DNA from: Amoebidium appalachense
Taxonomy: Eukaryota; Protista; Ichthyosporea
DNA length: 64,000 nucleotides
Assembly: GCA_963693365.1 (NCBI GenBank)
Contig: CAVNZM010000004.1
Coordinates: 330,448 to 394,447 of the forward strand
Direction of reading: 5' to 3'
The notes beneath the pieces were generated by a model that worked only from the letters and a program-made list of their open reading frames with translations, ran no database searches and was not told the origin of the DNA. How positions within the stretch are numbered: the first letter of the stretch is position 1; each line of letters begins with the position of its first letter. Positions 11,517 to 52,836 of the stretch are shown piece after piece. The translations under genes were made by a program, and so were the position numbers.

Positions 11517-13106
11517 GGGATGTGGGGTTTTTTGTTTTATTTTTTTTTGGGGGGCGGGGGAGGGGGGTTGCATCAGTTGGTTTATAAGCCAGTGGAACGC
11601 CGGAATCGGATAGTTTGTTTTGCATTGCTGCAGTGCTTTTGTTCCTCGATGTGCGTAACCACGTGCTCTTCAGGGCCAGGGGCTCTGGGTGCTATGTAGT
11701 ACTGAATAAATGTTGTAACAGGTACTCGACAGTGTTTTGTGCATTTATCGTTGTTGGGAATGGGTAAGCGTTGTGCACACGGTGCTCACTTCCCAAAAAT
11801 ACAAGGTTGACCAAATTCGCAAATGTGCAAGATATGAAGTGACTTGAAACACGACCCCGATAGAGTGCAACGTGCAACGAACCAGTCATGCTCGCTTTCA
11901 TTTTCACTTTCCTGCAATCTAACTTGACACCTACTGTACAACAGTAAGCAAGTCAATAAAACCAGCATCAACCTTCATGTAAGAAATCGTGCAGTGACAA
12001 GAATGATGTTCACAAAGGCCAAAACCAAAGTAAGCCCTACGATGCCTGTCCAACCTGCACATCGGATTCAACAAGGCTACGTGTGCTAGCTTTTGGTTGG
12101 TGGGAAAACCAAAAGTCTGTGCAAGTTCCACACCGTAAAACCACTTGGGCGCTTTACCTTACTGAGTAGGCAGGTATCAACTACTGCAAGTTGGGGTGGC
12201 TCTTTTTTTTCAAGGGTGCGGAGGTACTTTAGACATGCAGCCGAAGGTCTAACACTGTGGCTGTTGGAGCAAACGTCCATATACTTCGCCTCACGTCATA
12301 TATAAAAAGGCCTACGTCCTACTCCGATGTCATGTGAGGCTTTTCTAAAAAAAAATTCGCTGGCTGCTGCAGAGCCGCAAGTCCGGGGCATGACTGACAA
12401 ACTGGCAGTCAAGAGCCGAGTCCGGACTGCACTCCAAAATTTGCACGCCAACGTTTCATGCTATCTCTTTTCTGGTAGGATAAACTAAGAACATACTTGT
12501 AAAATCCTCTCTTTTACACAACCACGCATGTAATTTCCTGCCAAAGCATGCCAGCTCATATGGGTTACTATATATATTGAATAGTCTTTTGCTAAGCGCT
12601 TCCCCTACACTTGCTTACTTCTTCATTTAAAACTTATCTTCATGACGTCAGCAGGTATAGTCTCAAAAATCCGCGTCTAACATGCAAGCCGCTGAGCTGA
12701 AACGTCGGGGAGTGGCACGGGAGTGGCCCAGCATCAGCAAATGGTTGGAGTCGACGTCATTCGTGAAGGCCGGTACCGTCACTTCCCTGGCACTGCAAGG
12801 CGGGGGGGGGGAGGATCCTAGCACGTGATTACATACTAACAATACAAATAGTTTTGGTATATCTCCTAATATTCTATAGATGCGTGCACGGTGTTGAATT
12901 TTGGCCACCTACATGTACACAGTACGGAGGGTACCACCGTGGTCCTCGAGAAATCAGAGGGCCGTGGTACCACAGCGGTGACACGCATATTCGGTCCGCT
13001 GAAGGTGTCACATATATAGTTCCAGCCTCAGACTACCTACCTATAAATGATAAAAGATAAGATGGATACGTATTTTTCCTTACCACCCCCTTGTACAACC
13101 TTAATA

Positions 13107-13387
13107 TACATACTTGGGTGCTTCTTAAAGAGGTCTTGTTTTGCGGCACCTTTTTTAATTCAATAACCTTGTACTGCACCGAAGGTCTAAATTTTCAACC
13201 TCTTACCATTTAGCCTTGTGGGCACGGAGGTGTACACCAGACCATTACATACATACTTGCGTGCTTCTTAAAGAGGTCTTGTTTTGCAGCACCTTTTTTA
13301 ATTCAATAACCTTGTACTGCACCGAAGGTCTAAATTTTCAACCTCTTACCATTTAGCCTTGTGGGCATGGAGGTGCGCACCAGACCA
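13107..13387. repeat. Near-perfect 143-bp tandem duplication
   Basis: TACATACTTG(G/C)GTGCTTCTTAAAGAGG...CACCAGACCA starts at 13107 and at 13250 with a handful of substitutions. Confidence 0.95.
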
Positions 13388-13675
13388 CCCCTTACCATCT
13401 CTAATCATTTATTATTATTGAAGCAGCGGTCTCCTTCGCCACTCACCAAACTATGGGGAGGTGCCTGGGCCCCCCGTCAACAAATTTGTGCCTTGGGCCA
13501 CTTTAAATTATAGCGCCTATGTGCCAAATTAGTGGGCCATTTGAGTTGGAAGCAATCAACATCAAGACATTAACACTCTACTCAATCATCTGTGAGCGTA
13601 AACCAACCACACAGAACACTTCGTGCATGAGCAAACACCAACCACATTCCAAAACCGTGGCGCACTGCCAGCCAA

Positions 13676-42469
<28,794 letters not shown>

Positions 42470-43453
42470 CTGCACAGCACGGTTTAGGGGGAATAAGTGG
42501 GAGGTGGGTGGTGGAAAGAGGGGGTCGACAGTGTCCAAACATTTTCGCCAGTTCGTAAGTATAGAAACAGCAGTGTGTATGCTGGTGAACATTTAGGCAC
42601 GTCGTGTGTTTTTGAAGTTTCTCGTATTCTATTCTTGCGTGTCTCCGGGTCTTTTTGTGTCATTTCATTTGTGTGTGTGTGGCGCCCGTCTATTTATGTT
42701 GCCAAACGTTTGCGTGTGGGAAAGTAAGCATGTCATACTGCGTACTTCATGTTCGTATGTGAACCTTTTGTAACCGATCCGAAACGGGTAGGTAGTCTGT
42801 GTGATAACTTGTTGGCGTGGGTATATGTGCATGTCTGCTGGTGTACATGCTTTCCTTCACATGTCTTTATGTGGGTGGGTAGGCGGCTGTGGGTGGGTGG
42901 TTGTCGGCGGGTGTTGTGCGCCTTGGGGTGTTTGCAGGTGGGAGGGCCATCAGAGTTAATGAGCGCGTGTGCGCATGCAGTGTGTAATGGTGTGTATGCG
43001 CGGGGTATGTTTGTGCGTAAGTCCAGAAGTGTGTGCACCCCTAACCTGAGTGTACGGATGTGCATGTGTTTGAAGCTATTCTGTGTATGAGTTTGCAGGT
43101 GTGGTTGCCTGTGTGTGTTGCCAACTCCGGCCTACTGAATGTGTGTGTATGGTCGTGCCAGGAACATGCCACACACCCCGCACAGTCAAACTTCTTCTGT
43201 GTTCTGCCCTGCACCCTTCCCCTCACTCCGCCTACTCAACACAGAGCTCGCAGAGAGAAGCAAGCAAAGGGTCACAGGCACGTCGGGTCATACCCGACGG
43301 CACGAATGCAAGGCAAGGTACAAAGCCATGCAGGCAAAGTCGAAAGCACAGAGGTTAGATGCAGAGGAGGTAGGGAGAACGGGCGATGGGGGTGGGGGAG
43401 GGGACAGGCCAGGATAATACTTCACAGGCAAGGAGGAGGAAGAGGAGGAGGAA

Positions 43454-43486
<33 letters not shown>

Positions 43487-44821
43487 CTTAAGCATGGGCC
43501 GTGCCTCAGGACGCGCTGCAGATCTATCACCAAGGCCTACTCACGGCTGGTTACTGCAACTAGCAACACTCAGAGCCCCAGCGACCTCTGAGAAACCCAA
43601 GAAACCTTCCCATATGCGTTGAGTCGCTATACTTGGGTACCTTGGTTTCGTTCCCAACTCCCACGCGTACGGCCGTCGGTGACCGGCAGTTTCGATGATA
43701 TCCCGAAAAATTCCTTCCAAATATTTAGACTGAAAAAGGCGGCTGTGAGCCACACCAACCAGGCGCGTGCATATTTAGCCATGTTTGGAATAGATGTAGT
43801 CGCCGATTGGGCGAATAAAATCGACATGGAGACCAACCGCGGCGGGGCTGCGCAGCCGCAGGGCCTTGGAATCAGGAGGCTAGAGCTACAGAGCAAAGCA
43901 TTCTAATCTGAACATGTTGTTCTTATTAGTCAACGTATAACGAATATCCTCCCTTACATGCATTTACTTACTGGGCTCGAGTGTACCACTGTCCTTCGGA
44001 GCCTCAGCAGACAATAGTCTTTCTTAATCATGAGTCCCCGCGTGACCAGGTGACCGTCGGGTTGGGATTTTCGCGCCATTCCTTTATATGGTAAGTAAAG
44101 GTCAGATCTGGTTGGCTGCGCATTTAATGGGAAGTACCTGCCAGTGGATGTCATCTGTGGACGTAGTTGTATCATCGGTGACTCTGCAGTCTGCACATAA
44201 CTCTGCAGAAACGTAGCAAAAGGATCAGACAGTTTCTTTTATGGTCGAAGCGCATTTGCGCATTTATTTTTCTGCTACTTTTTTATTTGACGTTAGTTAG
44301 TATGTACTCAGTGTGTACTACTTACTACATCAAGCACATGCCCCACGTAACCAATTTGAGCCAATCAAATGCCCACGCATGCCATGGTCAGAAGAGAATA
44401 ACCAGAATAACATAGTTCATCTGGAGCGGTGTAAAAGTTGATAAACACTGCATCGTTGTATGTACGAAAGCTTGTTCAAGTTGCCTACTTGCGCATATGT
44501 CAGAACATACTGGAAACTTTTTTGGCTTAAATATGACATCAACTGCATGATAATGCTCTCCGATTTTATTTTCACCGCTTCTTCCAGCCATTAGTATCAT
44601 CCATTGACCACCTGCACAGATTTGTTTGTTGGGAATCAGAGTTTTGCCGCGCTCTGCTTTGCCAACGAGCCGGCAGGTGGCCGGTTTTTTTCGGACAGTC
44701 AGTCGGATGATCTTCCCTTGGCTTTGAGCCGTTCAACGTTTTCGTTTTCCACTCACACACAACCGCACCTGACAACTATAACGAGTTTTACGTCAAAGCT
44801 CAGTACTGCCCAGTGGACAAC

Positions 44822-45432
44822 ATGGGGCTGACAACACTCACCGCCGTGTTTGTAGCGGCTCTTTCCTTGTGTGGCGCTGCCCATAGCGCCAGGTGCTGCC
44901 CCAAGAACACGTGCAAGCAGCGCGTTCAGGTGTGGAGCGGTGAGCCCCAGCAGCTCACCTTGGACCGGTGCAAGGCCGGCCAGACACAGAAGGTGGAGCT
45001 CTGGGTGTCCGGCAGGGAGGGTTCGTCCATCTTCGAAGAGTTTGGCCTGCCCGGGCACTTTTTTGAGGATAGGTATGTCCTTTGTGGGGTGGTTAAGGAT
45101 GTGAACGACTTCTGGGCGTTGTTGTGGTGTGCTTGTATTAGTTATGTGTCCAAGCACGACTCTTGGGACACATAACCTCACCGTGCATATGTGGTGTGCA
45201 CACGCACGTAGTCAGCCATACGATTGGCCACATCAACCGATTTCATCTGTTCCTTTCTGAGGCGCCTATAAACACAGAGACACACACAACAGGACACACT
45301 CAACCTAGTGTATGAAGGAAGGATGGAAACACAGCACACACGCGCGCACGAAAAACAGACGCCTACGCCTGTTACAGAACAAACACACATCAACACGCAC
45401 ACGCACACAGACGGGCGCAGCGCATGCACGCG

Positions 45433-45494
<62 letters not shown>

Positions 45495-46584
45495 AACACA
45501 CACACATCTACACTGTGTCGTATGTGTGTTTTGTGGGCACACACGCATGCAGGGGCATAGATACCTCTGGTAGATCCACGACTTCTCTGTTTAGATAAAT
45601 AACCTGGCATTAAGCAGATCTAGAGTTTGCACGCACACCAAGAGGTGGCACAGGTAATTCCACGGGCGGGCAGAGAAGGTGGTGGCTGCGGGCATAAGCA
45701 TCTTTGCACACACCTCAACAAGTAGCCACACTCGCCCCATGGTATGTCTTGTGTATATGGGGTGGCCGGGCTAGGTGTTAGTGGTGAGCTATGCAGGGTC
45801 CTCCCTATTCAGTGTTCGTCTGCTCACCCCTCTTTCCCTCCCGTACAGCATGTACGTGAGCGTCTATGACATGCGCAAAGGCCGCAGGGAGCTTCTTCCC
45901 TCCGTGTCCACCAAGGAGCCCACTGCGTGCTACCACCAGACGTTCGACCTGCTCCCCCTTAAGGAGAGTGAGGCAGAGGACAGGCGCAAAACTAAGGCAT
46001 CCCTGGCTGTGGAGCTCAGGTGTGTGAACATCTGGGGCAAGTGCAACGCCAGATACTACGTCGGCAGCAAGTGTGTGGACACACCAACACCCACACCCAC
46101 ACCCACCGAAACAACAACAGAAACCCCTACGGAGACGAGCACGGAAACCACCACTACGACTACGGAAACAGAGACAAGCACGGAAACCACCACTACGGAA
46201 ACGGAGACAAGCACGGAAACCATCACGACGGAAACGGAGACAAGCACGGAAACCACCACTACGGAAACGGAGACAAGCACGGAAACTACCACGACGGAAA
46301 CGGAGACAAGCACGGAAACCACACCGACAGAAACGGAGACAAGCACCGAGACGGAGACGAGCACCGAGACAGGCACAGAAACGGGCACCGAGACAGGCAC
46401 GGAGACAGGCACGCACGAGCCCACCAGCACGGGGGAGAGTGGGGGAAAGGCACATTCCCGGTGGAGCACCGGGTGGGGCGTTGCCTGGGCCACCCTGGGG
46501 GGGTGTGGCATTGTGGGGCTTGGGGGGTTCACGGTCTACAGTGCAGTGGCAGCCAAGAGGGCAGGATATGCCGCAATAGTGTGA
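44822..46584 (+). CDS. Type I membrane protein: Cys-rich N-domain, Thr/Glu mucin-like stalk, TM, short GYAAIV tail; 2 exons, ~328 aa
   Basis: Exons 44822-45072 (donor GTATGT) and 45849-46584 (acceptor TACAG) join in phase. Signal peptide MGLTTLTAVFVAALSLCGAAHSA; 10-aa TETETSTETT repeats (~46100-46410); TM WGVAWATLGGCGIVGLGGFTVYSAVAA; tail KRAGYAAIV-stop. Confidence 0.88.
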
Positions 46585-47291
46585 GCCGTGTGAGTGTGGG
46601 CTGTACAGGGGCGGATGTTGCTGTGTGTATGAATTCTTAACTATTTAGATATGAGTGTGAGCGTGTATGATTTCTTGGTTTAAAAATATGCTATATTTAA
46701 TATTCATTTATTTTTTATTATTATAATCCGAATCTATCGCCTCCCCCGGGGAGGAGGGGGGGGGAGGGGGGTTACATTTAGATTAGGAGGGTGTCACAAA
46801 AGCCACAGGTGAGCACCTAAATTAGTATGGCAGGGGCTCTACATGACTTCTTATCGAAGGATTATATTGATGTATGCCTGCAGGTAAATGCAGGATATTA
46901 TGGCGTCCCCATTATGTCTGCACTGTATACAGTGTTTGCGTCATAGTAAAACAGTCTCTTCAAATTATAATATTTGTAATGTGCAGACGAATTCTAACAT
47001 ATTGAAATCAATAATGCCAGGACCAGTATATTAATGCTTGGTTGTTCAGAGCTCCATCGAGGCAGGTTCTCTTATGACCAATAATTAAATCTTGGGGCCG
47101 GGCCCACTGTAACTACCAAGTTTTTTTCCTGCTGACTGTTCTGCATTTGCATTTGTGCTCTGAGTTTACACGTGGCCGGGTGTGAAGTGTTCACGTTGAC
47201 ATGTGGGTTACATGTTGTGGAGTTGTGATTATTCCAATCTCAGAGTCAGCGCTTGCAGGCAACTCTGGCAATTGACTGTCCTCGGCATCCA

Positions 47292-47334
<43 letters not shown>

Positions 47335-47889
47335 CCCCGCCCGCCCGCCCGCCCTTCCCCAGGGGCCAAAGCGCCTACAGTACAAACAGGTAGACAAGTC
47401 CTGAAGCGACCTCACAGCCTGTGTCTGTTCGTCCAGCTTTCACGTGCGCACATGGACGGACTTGCAGAGACACAACAGTGCACTGGGCACCATGGCACAT
47501 ACAGGCCATTTATTTGCATGCAACTGGGCACATTGCCTGCATGCTGCTGCCACAGTCCCATAAGCGCCCACACATATTGCACATACCAAATGAATAAGTG
47601 TCCAACCAATCATAAACATAAATTGTTACGCCATATAAATTCACAAGCTGTATTTATTGTCCCATGTTGACCCCTTCCCCCCCCCCCCCCCCCTCCAAAA
47701 AAAAAAAAAAAAAGAAAGGAAAAAAAAAAAAAAGAGGATACAACCCATACAAAGAAAATGGAAATTTAAAGAGTATTCCAAACAAGGTAAAGAAGGAAAA
47801 AGCCACACAATTCAATGCCCCCTGAGGGTGGCCACCTGTATATCCACACAGACCCCCATCTAGAGTCTGTCCCAGCACTGTAGTATGCA

Positions 47890-48040
47890 TATATCAGAGT
47901 ATATCTCGGCGGCACATCCATATATCAGACTTATCCTAGAACACGTCTATCCCAGAATATATCCCGACACATGGTTATCCCAGATTATATCCAGGCCAAA
48001 ACCTATTCCAGATTATCTCACCCCCAATGTATCCCGGCTA
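47890..48040. repeat. Degenerate ~28-bp repeat array (conserved core plus variable spacer) in the PET100 3' region
   Basis: TATCCCAGATTATATCC-like core, with the central CAGA at 47895, 47926, 47953, 47981, 48009 and a degenerate copy at 48035. Confidence 0.75.
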
Positions 48041-48154
48041 TGCCTCGCTCTTCTGCCGTTCCTCCGCTGCCTGCCTCAGTGCCCGCCTCCTCTTTGCCTC
48101 CTCCACTAGCTGCTGATGTGCACGGTGGTTCTCCTCAAACCCAAGGGGCGGCCG

Positions 48155-48211
<57 letters not shown>

Positions 48212-48441
48212 TGGGTGTGCGCGCGCGTGTGGGTGTGTGCGCGCGCTTGTGTGAAGTGGGGAAAGGGAGGGGGGGGGGTGCTACATGAGCATGTGTGCAT
48301 AAGACCGCATTAGCACCACAGGCCCGATGCTACTGGCTGCAGGTACAAGACGGCCCCCATGGCCCAGGCAACCATGCACACACCAGCCGCCATGCGCACA
48401 CCCGACACACAACTGAATTGCAACGGTTATCCTCCCTCCCT

Positions 48442-48474
<33 letters not shown>

Positions 48475-48911
48475 CCCCCCCTCCCCTCCCCTCCTTCCCC
48501 CCCCCCCCCCCCCCCCCCCCCACACACACACACCACCACCACCACCACACACACCCAAACACCCACCCAATCCCCCCCCCCCTCTCCCCCCCCACACCTC
48601 CCCCTCTTCTTTCCCCCCCTTGCACACAAGCACACACCCCTAGCCCAAGCACTGCCATGCATGCACAACCACCAGCACCTTCCCACGGCCCCAACCCACC
48701 CACAGTTTTTATGTTGCAATCCCAAACCTATCCAGCAACGGCACCTTGACTCCCAGCCCCTATCCCCTCACACCGCCATTTTTTCACCCCCCAATGTGTT
48801 TACCCCATCCCCCCCCCCCCCCCCAAAAAAAAAAAAAAAAAATAAAGGAAAAAAAGGAAAGAAAGAAAGAAAAAAAAAATGCACACAAACACACACCCAC
48901 CCTCTGCCATG

Positions 48912-48945
<34 letters not shown>

Positions 48946-49825
48946 TTCCACCCTCCCAACCAACCAACCCACCCACCACTGTCTCTCAAAAAAAAACCGG
49001 GGGGATATAAAAAGGGGGGGGTGGGCCAAGTGCAGCCATGCATGCAGTGCTTGTGCACATCCAGACACCAAGTGCAGGCAAGGGGCACTCACGTGCAGCT
49101 CCTGGTCCTCCATGAACACTCGTTTCTGCAAAAAAACATACAGTGTCAGTCATCACGCTTGCCAACACATTGCCCCACTCTTGTGATCCGCTGAAATCAC
49201 TTCAGGCTGTCTAAACATGGTAGTGTGGGGACAAAAAGAGTGTGTGCAAAACAATCACGAAAAGTCAATGCATAACACACCAGAGTGCAAAGAAACCACG
49301 ACAACCAGAACCCATGACTGTAAATTTATCATCAGCCCCCTTTCCCCGACAGTGCCACCACAATAATAAGCACTCCCTCGCGCCACACCACAACCCCATG
49401 CCTGCCATGAAAGACAACATCACACACAAACACACGACTCACCCGACTCGTTCCCATTTTGTGCCCTCATCCGACCCCCTCTCCCCTCTCCCCCGCCCCC
49501 CCCCCTCCCTCCCCCCCTTTCCCCCCCCCCCTCTCCCCCCCTCCCCCCCCCCCCCCCCCCCCCCCAAAAAAAAAGGCAAACATGTACATGCAAAGGAGTG
49601 GCCATACCCTCAGCTCCTTGACATAGTTTTCGTAGAAGTCTGGGAGGTTGAAGTACCAGAAGCAGCCGATGGGGATGAACACGTACACACAGAACTGTAG
49701 ACATATGGGGGGAACGGGTTAGGGCGCCATGCCTTTTACATGAACGCATCAGTATAGAAGGGGGAGAAAGGTTTACGTGCAGTGCGGAGTCAAGAACATA
49801 TGGACCCTATCTTTTTGTGTGTGTT

Positions 49826-49860
<35 letters not shown>

Positions 49861-50023
49861 CACCCCAGGTATCAGCCATAACTGCGCTAATTTCACGGAA
49901 ACAAAGCAGTTATCAGAGAATGCCAAGATGCGTTAACTAATTGCAAGACGGAAGATGGGCTGGATGTGCCATCCATCCATCTCCGCCCCCCTCCCCCCTT
50001 CCCCCCTCCCCCCCAAAAACAAA

Positions 50024-50071
<48 letters not shown>

Positions 50072-50521
50072 CACGGTCGCTTCCACTCATCCTCTCACCT
50101 TACTTGTGCTTGCAAGTATGCCAAGACGGATTCAACGGCCACATATTCAAACACTAGCAAACAATTCACTAAATAGCCCAGGCACACACACATTTTATTG
50201 TACACGTGTGACAGGCTGGTAAAAGGAGGTGTGTTCAGGGTCTCAATGCAAAAGTTCGGAGTTGTACGAAAGTGCCTGTGTGTGTGTGTGTGTGTGTGCA
50301 CGGTAGCATAGGTACCATGCAGTTTGACGTCTGCCCATGGGAGATGTGAATGCTTGCATTCGGGTGTGCACTGGCTGATAGAGGTGTGTGGGTGCACGAG
50401 TGTGTGTGTACACGTGCGGGTGTGTGCGCACGTTTGCGTGGGTGCAAGGGTATTTGTGTCTTGAGCCCAAGAGCAAATGCAACTCAGCACATGCACCTAA
50501 TCACCACTGGTGCTGCACTGC

Positions 50522-50572
<51 letters not shown>

Positions 50573-50590
50573 TGTGTGCGCGCGCGCGCG

Positions 50591-50631
<41 letters not shown>

Positions 50632-50745
50632 CTTGAATATCTCCAGGTTTGCGCCTCTGTTCTTGCCTGCAAATATTCCTCTTCTGGCGTTGACCAGTTG
50701 GGCAGCCTGTGCCAGACCAATATCAGTGAGCGGGCAGAAGGCCAT
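48038..50745 (-). CDS. PET100: Cytochrome c oxidase assembly chaperone PET100 homolog; 4 exons, ~116 aa
   Basis: Exons 50745-50632, 49694-49608, 49125-49093 and 48154-48038 are all phase 0. ANLEIFK-FCVYVFIPIGCFWYFNLPDFYENYVKELRKR matches the PET100 LEIF(R/K)...Y...P....W..N pattern, followed by a charged helical tail. The start codon is less certain. Confidence 0.85.
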
Positions 50746-51574
50746 TGTTCTCTTGCATCCATGCAAACCCACACAAGCGTAGAGCGATGAGCAAGCCAAA
50801 ACTCCTCAACCCACGCCGGGAACAAATACTCCCCAAAACTCAGCTGCTCCCTCCCTGCCCTCTTACCCCCTCCGAATATGCACCTCTCCAACCCACACCC
50901 CCATTTCACCTCCTCTTGCCCTTGCTCTCACACACGCACCCTTCACCTCCAGCCCGCACCTGCACGGCGCCGTATGCCGGCCTCCGGAGAGCTGAAAGGG
51001 CAGTCAACATGCTTGCGTGCGGTGTGGGAACAGGCCTAGGGCACAAACACAGTGTGTGTGTGTGTGTGTGTGTGTGTGACTGTGTGTGTGTATGTGTGTG
51101 TGTGTTCGTCTGGTGTGTTCCGCGCACGGCCCGGCAGCAGGGGCAAGGCCGTGCATCATTTTGGCGCCATTCGCTCTGCAAATATCACATACCGGTGAAC
51201 TTTCACAAGTTATGGATAACACTCTGTTTGATAACGTGAAACAGTATTTTGTGGAACTACTAATATGTATAGATATATGTGAGATAAAAAATTTACTTGT
51301 TGCTCTTGCGGCTTACCCGGGCTGCAGTGCAGGCTTGTTGAATGGTGTTGAGTGACAGCACCTGGCAAGACAAAGGCACACAAAAAAGGATAGTATAGTA
51401 CAGGCTTGGGCGATAGCACACGCGCACACACTGCTTTAAGTACTACTTGCAGACAAGCTTAGACCATTGCACTCACTAAGTAGGGTATGACGGTATGCAC
51501 GCACACAGGTGGGAGACAGAAAATGGAGAAGGAGACAAGCATAGTGGGCACAAAACGGTGCTACTGGCACCTTG
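50746..51574. promoter_or_regulatory. Divergent (bidirectional) promoter region between PET100 and the Air/ZCCHC7-like gene
   Basis: Head-to-head genes; CpG-containing patch ~50950-51180 with TTTTGGCGCC (E2F-like) at ~51159. Function is inferred from position. Confidence 0.4.
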
Positions 51575-52664
51575 ATGACAGGTACGGGGCCCTTGCTGTG
51601 CATGTGTACGATCGTCCATTCGTTTTGTGGTTGTTCACCCGTGTGCCTGTTGGGGGTCTCCTTGTGCGCATGCTTCTCTGTGTGTGCCTTTGTGTTCTGT
51701 GCATCAATATTGGTGTAGCTACCTGTTTGTTGCGGTGCATCTGTATGTGTGCTGGTCGGTGCATATTGTGCTCATAAGTCCTTGTGTCTTGGTATGGCTT
51801 TGGTTTTCTTGGTGGTTTCATGGTGTGTTTAGTGACACTTAGCAACGTGAAGTGTTCTTGGGTGCACATAAGTCTGTGCTGCTGCATCTCTGTGTGGATG
51901 TGGCCGTTCTTGTCACACGTGTGTTGATGGCTGTGTCTATTTGTGCCTGTGTGCCTCTGTGGGTGGGTGTGTCTGTGAGTGTCTATATTTGTCTGTTGTT
52001 CCAGCATGTCTGTGTGTGGTGTGCGGCTGTCGCCTGGATTAAACCTTTCTTATCTGGCAGCTTTTTGGGCCAACAACCCGTGGTCGTTTCTCTTCACTGC
52101 TTTGGGCCTTTTCATGTTTCTGTTCTGGCCTTTGCTGCTTTAGTAGACACAGGCCTGACCGTCACCCCATCCAGCGAGGATGCACCACCGTTGGAGCTAC
52201 GGTTGTGGGAGAACCTCTATTTCTTTCCTGCAGAGAAGAAACGAGTGAAGGCAAAGGCAAAGCGCAGACTGAAAAAGGCAGATGATAAGGTAGTGGGGAG
52301 TGATGAGGAAACAAAGTACAGCGCAAAGCCGGGGAAGGGAAAGGGCCCAGTGCTGCAGGCCAGGTGGGCTTGTGTGTGTGTAGGGTGGGGAGGGAGAGGG
52401 TGGGGGGGGGGGGGGGGGGGGGGAGAAGGAGGGAAGGGGGGGGGGCAGGGAAGGGAGAGAGCAAGGTGGGTGGATGTGTGTGGGGGGGAGGGGGGAGGGT
52501 GTGTCGGAGGGGGGAGGGGGGAGGGGGGGTGGATGTGTGTGGGGGGGGGGAAGGGGAGGGGGGGGGGGGGGGAGGGAAAGGAGGGAGTGAGGTGGGTGGA
52601 TGTATGTGTGTGCGCAGGGTGGGGGGGAGGGAGAAGGGAGTGAGTGAGGTGGGTGGATGTGCGT

Positions 52665-52695
<31 letters not shown>

Positions 52696-52797
52696 GGGGG
52701 GGGGGGGAAGGGAGGATGAAGAAAGGTGGGTGGATTTGTGTGTATGTAGAGGGCCGGGGGAAGGGGAGGGATTGAGGTGGGTGAATTTGCTTCTTTT

Positions 52798-52836
<39 letters not shown>

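Noticed and set aside
45805-46640. Overlapping alternative-frame ORFs (RRQARKPP and GNGDKH repeats)
   Set aside because: Shadow frames of the 30-bp Thr/Glu stalk repeat; only one frame joins the signal-peptide exon and the TM.
47890-48040. CRISPR interpretation of the repeat-spacer array
   Set aside because: Cores are degenerate (~17 nt), spacers only ~11 nt, the context is eukaryotic and there are no cas genes. Kept only as a regulatory-array candidate.
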